From Thermodesulfobacteriota bacterium (GTDB taxonomy: Bacteria; Desulfobacterota_D; UBA1144; Nemesobacterales; Nemesobacteraceae): a stretch of DNA of 64,000 bases. Below the pieces are notes generated by a model. That model did not search any database and had not been told where the DNA came from. It saw only the letters and a list, made by a program, of their open reading frames with translations. Within the stretch, counting starts at the first letter, position 1; each line of letters begins with the position of its first letter. A program made the position numbers and the translations under genes. Positions 29,202 through 40,800 of this stretch are shown here, one piece after another. The stretch spans positions 1,436,679-1,500,678 of the forward strand of contig OY763921.1 in assembly GCA_963667625.1 (NCBI GenBank), written 5' to 3'.

Positions 29202-30623
29202 TCACTCAAGAATATCCATTCCGTCAACGCCCCGGGGAACTTCAAACCCAAGATAACGGACGATGCTCGTGAAGATATCTGCGGTTCGTACGCAGTCGTA
29301 TCGGGCCGGACGGCTTATAAGAACGGGAACCACCATGTGGTCTTTGTGCAGGGAGCCATGAGAACCGTGATGTTCAGGGTTCTCGTGCGTGGCCCGAAGG
29401 TCATAGCCCGGTTTTGAGCTGATTACCACATCGCCGGTTCGAGGCGATTCGAAAAGCTGGAGAATCTGGAGTGGGGCATCTGGATAGTCAGAATCGATCG
29501 TGAGTCGAAGCGACTCTGAGGGATTCATCTTCTTTGAGGAAAAGTCGTAGCCGAGAGGATCGCCCGAAACATTGCTGTAGCAGATCAGACCCTCTTCGTC
29601 CACGCTCACGAGAGCCTCTCCCCTAGGATTAGTTATTTTCACCTCCCCCCCGGCCCCGCCGGTTCTGGCGCAGACAATATCCACTTCCGGCCGCATTGAG
29701 AGTTCGTCAACTATATCCGCTATCTCTTCGCAAAGGGTGTGTCTTTTCCATCCATCGGAATTTTTGAAATAGTAATGCGCCATGGAGTTTCCAGAAACCA
29801 TGACGGATGAATCGGCATCAAGAAAATGCTTGAACACGTTGGTGTAGTAAAGCGGCTTGAAACCCCATCTGTGAAGAAAACCCAAGGAATCGAAATGGGA
29901 GTGCGTGGACGTAAGGCCGTGGTCGCTTCCGACAACGAAAAGCGTATCGTCAAGCTCCCCCCGCTCCGCAAATCTCTCCCCGACCATACCCACGTACCGG
30001 TCAAGCCTTCTGTAGGATTCCAGAACCTTGCGGTGAAACGGATGGTAGCGGTGAGAGTAGGCATCTATCCCGGGAAAAACACAGAAAAGAAAACGCGGAG
30101 AATCCCTAAGAGAATCAATCAGGATTTTTCCCGCGGCCTCTTCGACACTGTCACTTTTATCCGTGAAATGGCTTTTCATGACCAGATAGTACTTAAGATA
30201 CTTGGTCCTGTTGTTCCCCGCGGGGCTTATACCCCTGGTTATCTCGTTTAGGATGCTGATACTCCCCGGAACCAAGCCGAAAAGCGTCGGGGAGTCGCTC
30301 TCTATGTCACGATTAATAAGAAAAGACTGGGGGCCGGCGTAGCTTCTGAATCTTCGCAGGGAAAACGGGGTCCCATCGTAATACCTTCTGTCAAACCACC
30401 TTATGCCGGGGAGGTTACATCTGCCTGGAAACTTGCCTAGAAGATACGGGGTATAGGCCGGACCCGTTGTGGAAGGAAAAACCGTGATTCCCTTAAGGAA
30501 CTCCCCGGGCTCAACAACATATTTCTGTATATTCTCAAGATCGCCTCTTTTTAGAAGATCCGCGAAGACATCGAGTCTTGCGCCGTCGGCAAGAAAAAAA
30601 ACGCACTTTCTTCTATTCATCAA
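29202..30623 (-). CDS. Alkaline-phosphatase superfamily, type I phosphodiesterase/nucleotide pyrophosphatase
   Basis: LADG, TVFPSTT, DAYSH, SDHG and HGSHGSL metal-site motifs. No evident signal peptide. Confidence 0.85.
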   Translation of the reverse strand: MMNRRKCVFFLADGARLDVFADLLKRGDLENIQKYVVEPGEFLKGITVFPSTTGPAYTPYLLGKFPGRCNLPGIRWFDRRYYDGTPFSLRRFRSYAGPQSFLINRDIESDSPTLFGLVPGSISILNEITRGISPAGNNRTKYLKYYLVMKSHFTDKSDSVEEAAGKILIDSLRDSPRFLFCVFPGIDAYSHRYHPFHRKVLESYRRLDRYVGMVGERFAERGELDDTLFVVGSDHGLTSTHSHFDSLGFLHRWGFKPLYYTNVFKHFLDADSSVMVSGNSMAHYYFKNSDGWKRHTLCEEIADIVDELSMRPEVDIVCARTGGAGGEVKITNPRGEALVSVDEEGLICYSNVSGDPLGYDFSSKKMNPSESLRLTIDSDYPDAPLQILQLFESPRTGDVVISSKPGYDLRATHENPEHHGSHGSLHKDHMVVPVLISRPARYDCVRTADIFTSIVRYLGFEVPRGVDGMDILE

Positions 30624-33424
30624 GTATTTCCCATAAAATACCTGTTATATATTTCCCTGATATCCCCGGTCACGCGCGCGTATTCAGACATGAGAAAATC
30701 CCCCTCTCCACCGGAACCACCGAACTCAGGCGCCATTCGGTCAAAATCGCCCCGCGTGATTTCGTTTTTGCTCCTGTCGTTGAAAAGACTCAGCAGATTT
30801 CCCATTTTTCTTAAGAATAGATAGCCTTCGCTAAGCGTCAGGGCCTCGCCGCTTTCAATTAGCCCGGCACTGTAAAGCGCCCCGACAGCCTCCATGGTGT
30901 TTGCCGTTCTTAGCTCGGGGTTTGTGGGACCATGGGCAAGCTGAAGCATCTGGATGAGGAACTCAATGTCAACCAATCCCCCCCTTCCCGTCTTCAGGTT
31001 AAACCTGGATTCCGTCTCGTTGGCGAGTTCTTTTTCGACCCTCCCGCGCAGCCTTTGGATTTCCTTGGGGAAATCCGGAGCGAGCTCTTTCGCATAAACG
31101 AAATTCTCTATGACTTTCATTACCTTCTCGCCGAGCGCGCGGTTTCCCGCAACGGCACGGGCTTTTACAAGAGCCTGCCTCTCCCAGATGTGAGCACTCG
31201 AATTATGATATTCTTCAAAGGCTTCAAGCGAGGCGACAAGGGTGCCCGAATTTCCCGACGGGCGCAGTTCCACATCCACCTTGTAACAGAAGCTCTCGGA
31301 AGTGTAAACCGAAAGATTGGATATGAATCTCTGACCGTACTTGGAGAAAAGCTCGTGGTCATCTCCCTCGTAAATGAAGATTATGTCTAGGTCCGAAGCG
31401 TAGCTCATTTCCCCTCCTCCGAGCTTACCAAGTCCCAAGACGACCATGTTATCAAGAAGTTTTCTCTTTCCCGGAGAACACTTAAGGGAATTCTTGGCAA
31501 GTTCGAGGCTTGAGTCCATTACAACGTCCGCAACCATCGACAGATATTTTCCCACGTAGATCGGTTCCAAGTCCTCGGAAAGTTCCTTGAAGCAAAGTTT
31601 AAGGGACTCAATGTGCTTGAAGCTTCGAAGAGCGTTGAGTTTGTCCTCAAAGAACTCCTCTTCCGAAACGGCTTCCCCAAGAGCCTGCGCCATGGCATCT
31701 TTCGAATCGTAAAACTGCGTCACGTCCTTCAGTATGATGGAGTCAAGATACTCGGGGTGCCTGATAAGAAAATTAGACAGCATGCCGCCTCTTGAAAAGA
31801 GCCTAGAGAGCAGAGGAATGATTTTTGGGTTTTCAGTCAGAAGAAAGTAGACCGACATCCTGGAACCTAGACCGGAGATAAACCTTTCAAGATTTAAAAG
31901 CGCAGAGTCCTGCTCGCTAAGCTTGATTATGTTTGAGAGAAAAGCCGGTATCACTTTTCTCGAAAGCATCCTTCCCCTTTCCGTGAGTCCAGCCCTCTGG
32001 GGATTCATGAGGCTCGATATTATTTCGATCGCGTCATCCGGCGCCGAGAACCCGAGATTTCCGAGGGTCGAAATCGCTTCCTCGCGGTTTACATTTCCCT
32101 CGGCCATAAAATCCGCCACCTCCCAGAATTCCCTGCCTTTTTCCTCAAGCTCCACCCCGGGATCGAAGAACAGGTTCCCGCAATTCTTCAAGACAAGCGA
32201 GGTTATCTCTTCGTAAGCAGCTCTGAAGTCCGCCGTCGTTTCAAAACCCATCCTCCTTGAGAGTCTGGCGAGCGAACTCTCCTCCGTGGGAATGCTGTGC
32301 GTCTGAAATTCATCCCAGAGCTGAATCGAATGCTCCACTTTTCTAAGAAAAAGATAGCAATGCTCCATCTCTTCCTTTACCTGTTTTGTTATGAAACCCG
32401 TCGTCGCCATGGCGGAAAGGCCGTCAAGAGTGTTCATGAGTCCCCTGAGCTTCTTCACCGCCCCGCCACTCATAAGCTGGGTCGCCTGCACGAAAAACTC
32501 GATATCCCTTATCCCCCCCCTGCCAAGCTTCACGTCGTTTTCCTTCCGGATGCCCTCGAGACGAATCTTCATGTCCTTGAGATCCTCTATGGACTCGTAA
32601 TCAAGCAGCTTGCGGTATATTACGGGTTCAAGGTCCCCGAGGAATTCGCGACCGAGCTCAATATCCCCGGCAACAGGGGTCGCCTTGAGCAGAACCGCTC
32701 TCTCCCAGGTCTCGGCCCAGTGGTAATAATGTTCAAGGGCCGCATCAACCGACACCGCGACCGGACTCCTGCTGCCCCCAGGACGCAGACCCAGGTCGAC
32801 CCTGTAGAGAAAACCGCCGGGGGTGACGGAGCTTATAGTTCTGGTAACTGATGAGGAAAGCGTGAATATCTCTTCGGCGTAGCCCTCGCTTCTGTAGAGA
32901 TAAACGAGGTCTATATCGGAACTGAGGTTAAGGAGTCTTCCGCCCAGTTTCCCCATTCCAAGCACCACGAACTCAAATTGGTCGCCGCCCTCGATTCGGG
33001 ACCTGTAGAAATCAAGCACCGCCCTGACCACGGAACCGGCTAGGTCGGAAATCTCCTCCATGGTCTGGCGAAACGTGCAGAGACCCAGGACTTCTCTGTA
33101 GATTATTCTCGAGAGTTCCGTGTACTTGTACTCCTTGAGCCTTTCTGAGAGCCTCTCTGAGTCCTTCGAATTCCTCACAATTGAGGCAAGCGGAGCCCGG
33201 TGGGAAGAAAACGTTTTTTTTCTCCCGAGGGCTTTTTCATTAGTAAGGACGTTTAGCGCGCGTGGATTTCTTATGATTGCATTGCCGAGAAATCTGCTGT
33301 GGGAAGAGATGATGCGGAGAACTTTTGCTTTTTCCCCGGAGAGTTTGCCGTTTATCTCCCGGAATCTCTCAACGGTTAAGCGCGCGTTTTCCTCGTCGGG
33401 AAGAAGGATTTTCTTTTTCATCAA
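30620..33424 (-). CDS. glnE: Bifunctional glutamine synthetase adenylyltransferase/deadenylylase
   Basis: Two nucleotidyltransferase domains (GMGKLGG..LNLSSDIDL and GLGKLGG.EMSYASDLD), each followed by a GRGG..DIEF motif. Confidence 0.94.
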   Translation of the reverse strand: MMKKKILLPDEENARLTVERFREINGKLSGEKAKVLRIISSHSRFLGNAIIRNPRALNVLTNEKALGRKKTFSSHRAPLASIVRNSKDSERLSERLKEYKYTELSRIIYREVLGLCTFRQTMEEISDLAGSVVRAVLDFYRSRIEGGDQFEFVVLGMGKLGGRLLNLSSDIDLVYLYRSEGYAEEIFTLSSSVTRTISSVTPGGFLYRVDLGLRPGGSRSPVAVSVDAALEHYYHWAETWERAVLLKATPVAGDIELGREFLGDLEPVIYRKLLDYESIEDLKDMKIRLEGIRKENDVKLGRGGIRDIEFFVQATQLMSGGAVKKLRGLMNTLDGLSAMATTGFITKQVKEEMEHCYLFLRKVEHSIQLWDEFQTHSIPTEESSLARLSRRMGFETTADFRAAYEEITSLVLKNCGNLFFDPGVELEEKGREFWEVADFMAEGNVNREEAISTLGNLGFSAPDDAIEIISSLMNPQRAGLTERGRMLSRKVIPAFLSNIIKLSEQDSALLNLERFISGLGSRMSVYFLLTENPKIIPLLSRLFSRGGMLSNFLIRHPEYLDSIILKDVTQFYDSKDAMAQALGEAVSEEEFFEDKLNALRSFKHIESLKLCFKELSEDLEPIYVGKYLSMVADVVMDSSLELAKNSLKCSPGKRKLLDNMVVLGLGKLGGGEMSYASDLDIIFIYEGDDHELFSKYGQRFISNLSVYTSESFCYKVDVELRPSGNSGTLVASLEAFEEYHNSSAHIWERQALVKARAVAGNRALGEKVMKVIENFVYAKELAPDFPKEIQRLRGRVEKELANETESRFNLKTGRGGLVDIEFLIQMLQLAHGPTNPELRTANTMEAVGALYSAGLIESGEALTLSEGYLFLRKMGNLLSLFNDRSKNEITRGDFDRMAPEFGGSGGEGDFLMSEYARVTGDIREIYNRYFMGNT

Positions 33425-33430
33425 ACCGGG

Positions 33431-35854
33431 TCACATGAAATCATAGGGATCAACATCAACTACAAGCTTAATTCCCGAGGCGTGCTTTTTCAACGAATCG
33501 TAAAGTGCCGAGGCGTAGTTCCGAAGCAGCCCCAGATTCCCTGACGCGATAATGATCTGCCATCTGAACCTGTTTCTAAGCTTGTATATGGGAGCCTCGG
33601 AGGGGCCGAGTACTCTGAGCGACCCGGGCGGAAGATTGAGAAGAAATCTCTCGGCCGTGCGCTTCACTCTTTCGGCGAAATCTCGTGTTTTCTGCTCATC
33701 AAGCCCGTTTACTCTGAAGGATATGAACCTTGAGAAAGGAGGCTGATCAAGAGACTTTCTTAGCTCCATTTCTTCATCCAGAAACCCGGAACTGTTATGG
33801 GAAAGGGCGAATCTTACCGAAGGATGTTCGGGGTTATATGTCTGCAGAATGACCGCCCCGGGTTTTATTCCCCTTCCTGTTCTTCCGGCTACCTGTGTGA
33901 GCACCTGGAAAGTTCTTTCTCCCGAGCGGAAGTCGGGAATCCCCAGCATATGATCGGCTGAGAGAACACCGACAAGCGTAACCCCCGGCAGATCATGTCC
34001 CTTGGCTACCATCTGGGTCCCGACAAGAACATCCACCTCCCCGGACTCAAGCTTTTTGTAAAGGTCAAGAAGTTTGGTTTTCCCGCGGGTGTAATCCCTG
34101 TCCATAACGAAAACTCTGGCATCGGGAAGCATGCTCTTTACATCCTCCTCCACTCTCTGGGTCCCAAGACCCTTGCCCATGTATCTGGCCCCGCAGCTTG
34201 AGCAGCTGTTTTCGAATTTCTCCATAATTCCGCAGTAATGGCACTTGATCGAATTATCTTTTTTGTGAAAAGTAAGGGTTATCGAGCAATTGGGGCACCT
34301 GAAGAGTTCACCGCAGTCCCCGCAGACCAGAAAGCTTGAAAAACCCCTCCTGTTAATAAAAAGAATCGATTGTTCCCCGCGACTGAAATTCTCCACCAAG
34401 GCGTCCCTTAGGCGCGGGGAGAAAACAGTTTCGTTCACGTTTTTCATATCCACGAGCTCAACATCGGGAAGCACGCTCTTTCCCACCCTTGCGGGAAGGG
34501 AAAGATATTCGTATTTGCCCCTGATCGAGTTTGCGTAGGATTCAAGGGAAGGAGTCGCGGAACCCAGTAGCACCGGACAGCTACATATAGTTCCGAGCAT
34601 GACCGCGGCGTCGCGGGCGTTGTAACATGGCGCCTCGTTCTGCTTGTAGGAGGACTCGTGCTCCTCGTCAACCACCACGAGGCCGAGATTCTCAAACGGA
34701 GCGAAAACCGCGGAGCGGGCACCTATCACCACGCTCAGATCTCCGCTACGGGCCTTTCTCCACGCATCAAACCTCTCACCCTCGCTTAGAGCGCTGTGAA
34801 TCACCGATACAGCGTCGGCGAAACGTGAACGGAACCTCTTCACCAGAAGCGGGGTGAGCGCTATTTCGGGAACGAGAACAATCGCCTGTTTCCCCCTGGC
34901 TATGACTTCGCTGACAGTCCTTAAGTAGACCTCGGTCTTTCCGCTTCCCGTAACACCGTGAAGAAGAAAACAGCGATACTCTCCCCTCTTAACATAAGGC
35001 AGGATTTTCTCCATCGCCATACGCTGATCCTGGGTAAGTTTCTTTGGCGGTTCTTCTTCCGCGTCAAGGACGCCGTAGGGATCCCTTCCGATCTCTTTTT
35101 GCTCCAAGGAGACCAGGGCGTTATCCACAAGCCACTTTACGTGAGCTGAGAAATTGCCGAATATTTCCCTTAGTTCCGAACGGGGGACGGAACCGCGGAG
35201 GTTTATGAACTCAAGTATGGCACCCTTGGCTGGTTTTTTCCGCTTAATATCCGGGATGGTGTCGGGATCGCATGAGATTCCATAGATCTTCTCGTATTTT
35301 ACCTTCTCATCTCTTATGACCCTGTAGTCAAATTCCACATGCCCCCTTCTTTTAAGAGAGTTGAGGTTCTCAAGAGAGGCCCCGCCGCTGAGCTCAATAA
35401 GCTTCTCCGAGGCGAGTTCTCCCTCAAGCAGGAGAGTTTCCAAGATTCTTTGCTCGAGGCGGTCAGGGCCCGGTTCCTTGAGGCGGCTTTTCCCCTCCTC
35501 CGTGATCCGCACGGTTTTCCCGACGCTTTTACCGAGCCCCAGAGGATGGGCAAACTTAAGGACGATTCCAAGAGGCGCCATGTAGTATTCCGAGACCCGG
35601 TGGAAAAACTCTAAGCGCTTCTCGTCAAAAAGCGGGAATTCATCGAGAATGTCGATTATATCTTTTAGCTCGAAATCGACTTTCCGTTTTGCCGCATCTC
35701 CCACCACATATCCTATGGCCTTGCGGTTTCCGAGGGGGACAAACACCCTCTTCCCCGTAGCGATACCTTGCCGGAAACGCTTCGGAACCGAATATAAAAA
35801 AAGCTGTTCGGAATGAATCGGCAAAGCTACCTGAACAATTTTTCCTGAAGCCAT
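33431..35854 (-). CDS. priA: Primosomal protein N'
   Basis: LHGVTGSGKTEVY, VDEEHE, Cys-rich Zn region, GTQMVAKGHD and DVDP. Start is 35854 or 35872. Confidence 0.95.
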   Translation of the reverse strand: MASGKIVQVALPIHSEQLFLYSVPKRFRQGIATGKRVFVPLGNRKAIGYVVGDAAKRKVDFELKDIIDILDEFPLFDEKRLEFFHRVSEYYMAPLGIVLKFAHPLGLGKSVGKTVRITEEGKSRLKEPGPDRLEQRILETLLLEGELASEKLIELSGGASLENLNSLKRRGHVEFDYRVIRDEKVKYEKIYGISCDPDTIPDIKRKKPAKGAILEFINLRGSVPRSELREIFGNFSAHVKWLVDNALVSLEQKEIGRDPYGVLDAEEEPPKKLTQDQRMAMEKILPYVKRGEYRCFLLHGVTGSGKTEVYLRTVSEVIARGKQAIVLVPEIALTPLLVKRFRSRFADAVSVIHSALSEGERFDAWRKARSGDLSVVIGARSAVFAPFENLGLVVVDEEHESSYKQNEAPCYNARDAAVMLGTICSCPVLLGSATPSLESYANSIRGKYEYLSLPARVGKSVLPDVELVDMKNVNETVFSPRLRDALVENFSRGEQSILFINRRGFSSFLVCGDCGELFRCPNCSITLTFHKKDNSIKCHYCGIMEKFENSCSSCGARYMGKGLGTQRVEEDVKSMLPDARVFVMDRDYTRGKTKLLDLYKKLESGEVDVLVGTQMVAKGHDLPGVTLVGVLSADHMLGIPDFRSGERTFQVLTQVAGRTGRGIKPGAVILQTYNPEHPSVRFALSHNSSGFLDEEMELRKSLDQPPFSRFISFRVNGLDEQKTRDFAERVKRTAERFLLNLPPGSLRVLGPSEAPIYKLRNRFRWQIIIASGNLGLLRNYASALYDSLKKHASGIKLVVDVDPYDFM

Positions 35855-35951
35855 AACGATACCGGAAGACACTAATGCACAGTCTTACGGAAAAGTATAT
35901 ATGAAAGCGGGAAAAGAACCTTGAGTTCGGCCCGGAAAGCCTCGCGCGGTA

Positions 35952-37664
35952 TCAGGCAAGATCCGCAGGCATCATTATCATGTTGTCCATCGATGCACCG
36001 GGGGCTATCATCGGATAAACCATCTCGGTACAATCAACTTCTATTTCCATGAGAACAACCCCCGGAGTGTTAAGGCCTTCCCTGAGAGTGGGCTCAAGCT
36101 CCTCGGGCCTCACCGCCCGAAGGCCGCGGGCTCCAAACGCTTCTGCGAGCTTCACGAAATCCGGCAGCACTTCAAACCGAGATGCCGAGTAATTGCCCCC
36201 AAAAAACATCGTCTGCCATTGCCTTACCATTCCGTGATGACGGTTGTTGAAAACGATAATCTTAAGATCCAGATTGTTTTCAACCGCAGTCGCAAGTTCC
36301 TGGAAATTCATCTGGAAGCTTCCGTCGCCGGCAACGCATATAACCTGCTCATCGGGTCTTGCGTATTTCGCTCCCATAGCCGCAGGGAAACTGAATCCCA
36401 TGGTTCCCAAGCCCCCCGAGGTAAGATGGGTTCTCGGTCTTTCGAACTTGTAGAACTGGGCTACCCACATCTGGTGCTGACCCACATCGGAAACTATTAT
36501 GGCGTTTCCTTTCGTGAGCTTGTAAAGCATGTCTATGGCGTAGGTAGTTAGAATTTTATCGCTTCCCTGGCAATAGGTGAGCGGGTGCTTCTCGTTCCAG
36601 TCCCGTATCCGCCTGAGCCAGGATTCCCTCCCTTCAAGGTCAATCTCCCCGGGGAGAGCATCGAGTATCTGGCGCAGCACAATTTTGGCATCCCCTACTA
36701 TCGGACACTCAACCGGTATGTTCTTGTCTATCGAGGATGGGTCTATATCTATATGGATAATATCGGCGTTGGGGGCAAACTCTTCGAAGTTCCCGCCCGT
36801 AGCCCTGTCATCAAACCGCCCGCCGATCGAGATAACGAGATCCGATTCGGTAACGGTCATATTGGCGGCGTAGGAACCGTGCATCCCGAGCATGCTTATG
36901 AAAAGCGGATCGCTCGCCGGATAACCCCCCAGACCCATAAGGGTTGAAGCCACAGGTATCTGAAGCCGGTGACAGAACTCAAGCAGTTCATCCGTAGCCC
37001 CGGACCAGATAACTCCTCCACCGGAATAAATAACCGGCTGCTTTGAAGCAAGCAGCATCTCCACAGCTCTTTTTATCTGCGCAGGATTTCCCTTCATAGT
37101 GGGCTTGTAACCTTTGATATCTATCTCGTGATCCTCGGGGATTACAAGCTCGTCTTCTCCTATGAGAACATCCTTGGGCATATCAACCAGAACAGGGCTG
37201 GGTCTTCCGGTGCCGGCTATGTGAAAAGCCTCTTTCATTGCTCTCGGGAGATCCCGGGTTTCCCGCACAAGGTAGTTATGTTTCGTGCAGGGTCTTGTTA
37301 TGCCTATATGGTCGGCTTCCTGGAAGGCATCGCTTCCAAGGTACTGCGTAGGAACCTGCCCCGTAAAGATAACTATGGGAGATGAATCCATCTGCGCCGT
37401 CGCAATGCCGGTAACGGTGTTGGTTGCCGCAGGACCCGAGGTGCAAAGCACCACTCCCGGTTTTCCCGAGGCCCTTGCGTACCCGTCGGCCATGTGCGTA
37501 GCTCCCTGCTCATGCCTCACGAGCACGTGATTTATCCTGTCGGTATAGTCGGTCATCACGTCATAGACCTTGAGAACGTAACCTCCCGGTAGTCCGAAGA
37601 CCACGTCAATACCCTGGTGAAGAAGCGTCTCAAAGAACATCTGTGCGCCGAGCATCTTGGCCAT
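35952..37664 (-). CDS. ilvB: Acetolactate synthase large subunit
   Basis: RHEQGA, TSGPAATN, DVGQHQMW, SGGLGTMG and GDGSFQMN motifs. Confidence 0.95.
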   Translation of the reverse strand: MAKMLGAQMFFETLLHQGIDVVFGLPGGYVLKVYDVMTDYTDRINHVLVRHEQGATHMADGYARASGKPGVVLCTSGPAATNTVTGIATAQMDSSPIVIFTGQVPTQYLGSDAFQEADHIGITRPCTKHNYLVRETRDLPRAMKEAFHIAGTGRPSPVLVDMPKDVLIGEDELVIPEDHEIDIKGYKPTMKGNPAQIKRAVEMLLASKQPVIYSGGGVIWSGATDELLEFCHRLQIPVASTLMGLGGYPASDPLFISMLGMHGSYAANMTVTESDLVISIGGRFDDRATGGNFEEFAPNADIIHIDIDPSSIDKNIPVECPIVGDAKIVLRQILDALPGEIDLEGRESWLRRIRDWNEKHPLTYCQGSDKILTTYAIDMLYKLTKGNAIIVSDVGQHQMWVAQFYKFERPRTHLTSGGLGTMGFSFPAAMGAKYARPDEQVICVAGDGSFQMNFQELATAVENNLDLKIIVFNNRHHGMVRQWQTMFFGGNYSASRFEVLPDFVKLAEAFGARGLRAVRPEELEPTLREGLNTPGVVLMEIEVDCTEMVYPMIAPGASMDNMIMMPADLA

Positions 37665-37759
37665 TTTATTATATCTCCCTGGTTGTTTTTAAAATGCGGA
37701 GTACCAACAACCCATCCGCTTAATTTATCACCGCGCGCATACAACTTCAAGACTGACAG

Positions 37760-37800
37760 GAAAAAAACAACCTTGATTGAAAGGGGAGAGAGGGTTGTTG
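37760..37800 (-). terminator. Possible intrinsic terminator downstream of res
   Basis: Minus strand reads AACAACCCT...AAGGTTGTT followed by a T run. The loop is long. Confidence 0.35.
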
Positions 37801-37818
37801 AAAAACCGGTTTTCTGAT

Positions 37819-40800
37819 TTACGCCCCAATTATCCTGTCTATATGCTCGCAGTTTTCATTCCGGAACACGATATGATGCTCTTCAAAGTTCTTCCTGTTC
37901 CAGGAGCGGTCACCGTAACTCCCACTGAGAGTTTCATACGGTGTTACGGAAATAATGTATGAATCCAAGGTAACACCTCTCTTTCCTCCGTACCCCTTGC
38001 TGATTTCCCAAGAGATTTCCCGCAGGGTCTCATGAAGCCGCGCCTTTTGGTCGTGCTCATACGAAGGTGCGTGGATCATCCCGTGGGGCTCTACGAATAC
38101 GATGCGTTGCATGGTTTCATCCTTTACCCACAGGATAAAGTCAGGATAAAACTTGCTCTCTTCAAAAAATCCAATTCCGATGCCGCGTCCCTGGTTTCTA
38201 AGCAAAAACACCTCTTTGCCGGCAAGTTTCGCGTCCTTTTCACGAGTCCAGAAGACTTTGAGATCGGAAACAAATTCCCGCTCTCCCTTGTTAAGTCCCG
38301 GAGGAAAAACACGTACCCCTTCTTCCAGTTGTTCAAGAAGTAACGGTTGATAGATGTGCCGGTCAAAATGAATGCGTTTCAACCCGGAGGTCTCCTTCTC
38401 ATAGAGAAGATCCGTCTGCTTAACCAGGGTTTCAATTTTTGTGACCATGTCCTCCCTAGATCTTGAAACGCTTACAAGATATTCTCCCTGCTTATCATTC
38501 TCCCCGCTCCTGAAGCTGAGATTCGGGTCTTGTTCGTCAAGTTTTTTGTAGACAAGGTTCTCCATCTCATATTTCTCCCGAGAAACCCTGTAAAAATTGT
38601 CTATATAGTTGCGAAGAAGACCGACCGCTGCCGCCTGAAGAGCTTCCCTATCATGGAACGACTGCGGCCTCACCGTTTCGTCGTTCGCGACAAGAACGCA
38701 CAGGGCACTGCCCATAGACTTTGCCTCCAGTATGTCCCGTAGCGAACCTGATGGCACCACCAAGTTTTGAAGGTTTTTCCGCTCCTTGTAGTCGAGAATA
38801 TCAAGATACGCTTTTTCCCAATCCACCAAGTCAAGACTCTCGGCGGGGATAGGCCTTTCCTGCCCAGAACCTGCCACACCCTCCCTTACTTTGCCGTCAG
38901 CACCTTCGAGCAATTGTACCTTGGGGGCCAAATCAATCCGGGCCCGCACCGCCGAAACGGATTCAAGCATTATCTCTCTTTCCTCAAAACGGTGTCCTTC
39001 CTTCAGTCGAGGCACAACCAGTCCTTTGCCAAAAAATTCCTCGTTGATCCGTATCGGTATTGGCAATTCAACGGCTCCTTCGGTTTCCACCCCCTCCCGC
39101 TCTAGGTAATCCCTAAAGTTCGCCATGTATTCGGCGCGCACCGCGAAGATATTCAGCGTCTCTAAAAGCGGAAGATTTTCGGGGTGAGCACCTTTGAGCG
39201 CAGTGCTGCGCTTGAGACTCAACCCTTTTCCGCGCAGACGAATGCCACGGCCGAAAAGCTGGATAATCTCCGAACCTTCCCTACGGCCTATGTTAAGGAG
39301 ACCCATGTTGGAAACCCTCCAAGAGTTCCACCCTTCCATGAATTTCTTGGCCCCGATGAGTATGTTGATCTTGGTATCAGGAGTATTCACGTTGTCAAAA
39401 AGCGAACCCGCAAAGGCGTCTTCTTCAATAGTCATCCCCATATCGTTATCCTCGACAAGTTTCCTAAATCTCGACGTGTCGCCTATGTAGATGAGCCCGA
39501 AATAGTCATTAGCACCACTGGCCCTGAGTCCGATCTCGCCATCGCCTCCACGGATAAAACAAAGGCGCAGGCCACCGCTTGACTGTGAAAGGAAAACCGT
39601 CTTAAGCATGTCCTCGTAAATTATTCCGGCGGATTGTCCGGTCTCGCGAAGCAACGCGAATCTATCTGCGAACACATCCTCATCGTACGGCGTCCTAAGC
39701 CCTGTCTCGCCCCTTAATATTTTCTCAATTCCCCGAACCGCCCAACCACTCCGGTTACCGAGTACCCTGTGCAGAAAGTGCGCTACGGTCAGAACATCGC
39801 TTCTTGGTTGTCCATTTTTGTTATAGACGGCGTTTACCGTGCCTCCCACAAACACCCAGAGAGGTTTCTCAATATAATAAGGCCGTAATGTGCTTCCGCC
39901 GTCAGTAAAAACCCGCTGCTGTTCGTAAAACGAAAGCAAGTTGCCGAGCATGAGCGTGTCAACGCTGTCACCGGTATATTCACCGGCTTGATTAAGCACA
40001 CGAAAATCCTTGCCGTACCCGTCGCCATAGAAGTAGCGGTAGGAATAGTCAAAAACGATCGCTTTTCCGTATTCCTCCGTAAGATCTCTGTTTCGCGCAG
40101 CGGAGAGGGCTTGGCCGAATGTGGCGCTGTATTCAAACGTGAATCCGGTCGTGGCCAGAGCATCTCGGACTTTGCGCCACGCCTCGCCTCCCGAGCCCTT
40201 ATGTCCCTCGTCAACGAAGATGAGATTGTTCCCTTCAAACGCTTCCACCGGCACGCTCTGACCGCCGCCACGCTTGCGTTCAACCAGCTTGGTGATCTCG
40301 ATGACTCGCACCAAATTCCCTGCACCCAGACTCAGTCCTCCATAGTCCGAATCGAAGCGCCGACAGGGAATGTTTGAGGCCGTCATCTCAGCCATGTGCT
40401 GTTCGCTCAATCCTTCGTTCGGTGTGATCAGCAGGATGTTGTCAAGCGGTACATCATTATAGTGGAGAAACTGCCTGTAGTTGATGTGCAGGATAAGCGT
40501 CTTGCCACCTCCTGTAGCCATCCAGTACGCGAGTTTCTTAAGATCATCTTCAGTGAACGGGGAATACCTCGCTTCACCTCTTAATCTTGCCGCGTTGCGC
40601 TTGGTCACCAGATCGTTAAGCGAGTTTATCAATTGACCTGGACGATGAAATCTCCAGTCCAGAAAAAGTTCGGTATAGAGCGCGGCCAGATACTGAAAAT
40701 AGCGAAGAGTGATCGGCGCCTTTCGATGGGCATTCATGGCCTCAACGTGCTGGCGGATATTCAGGTCATAGCGAAGCAGATCATCCGGGTGGACCTTGAG

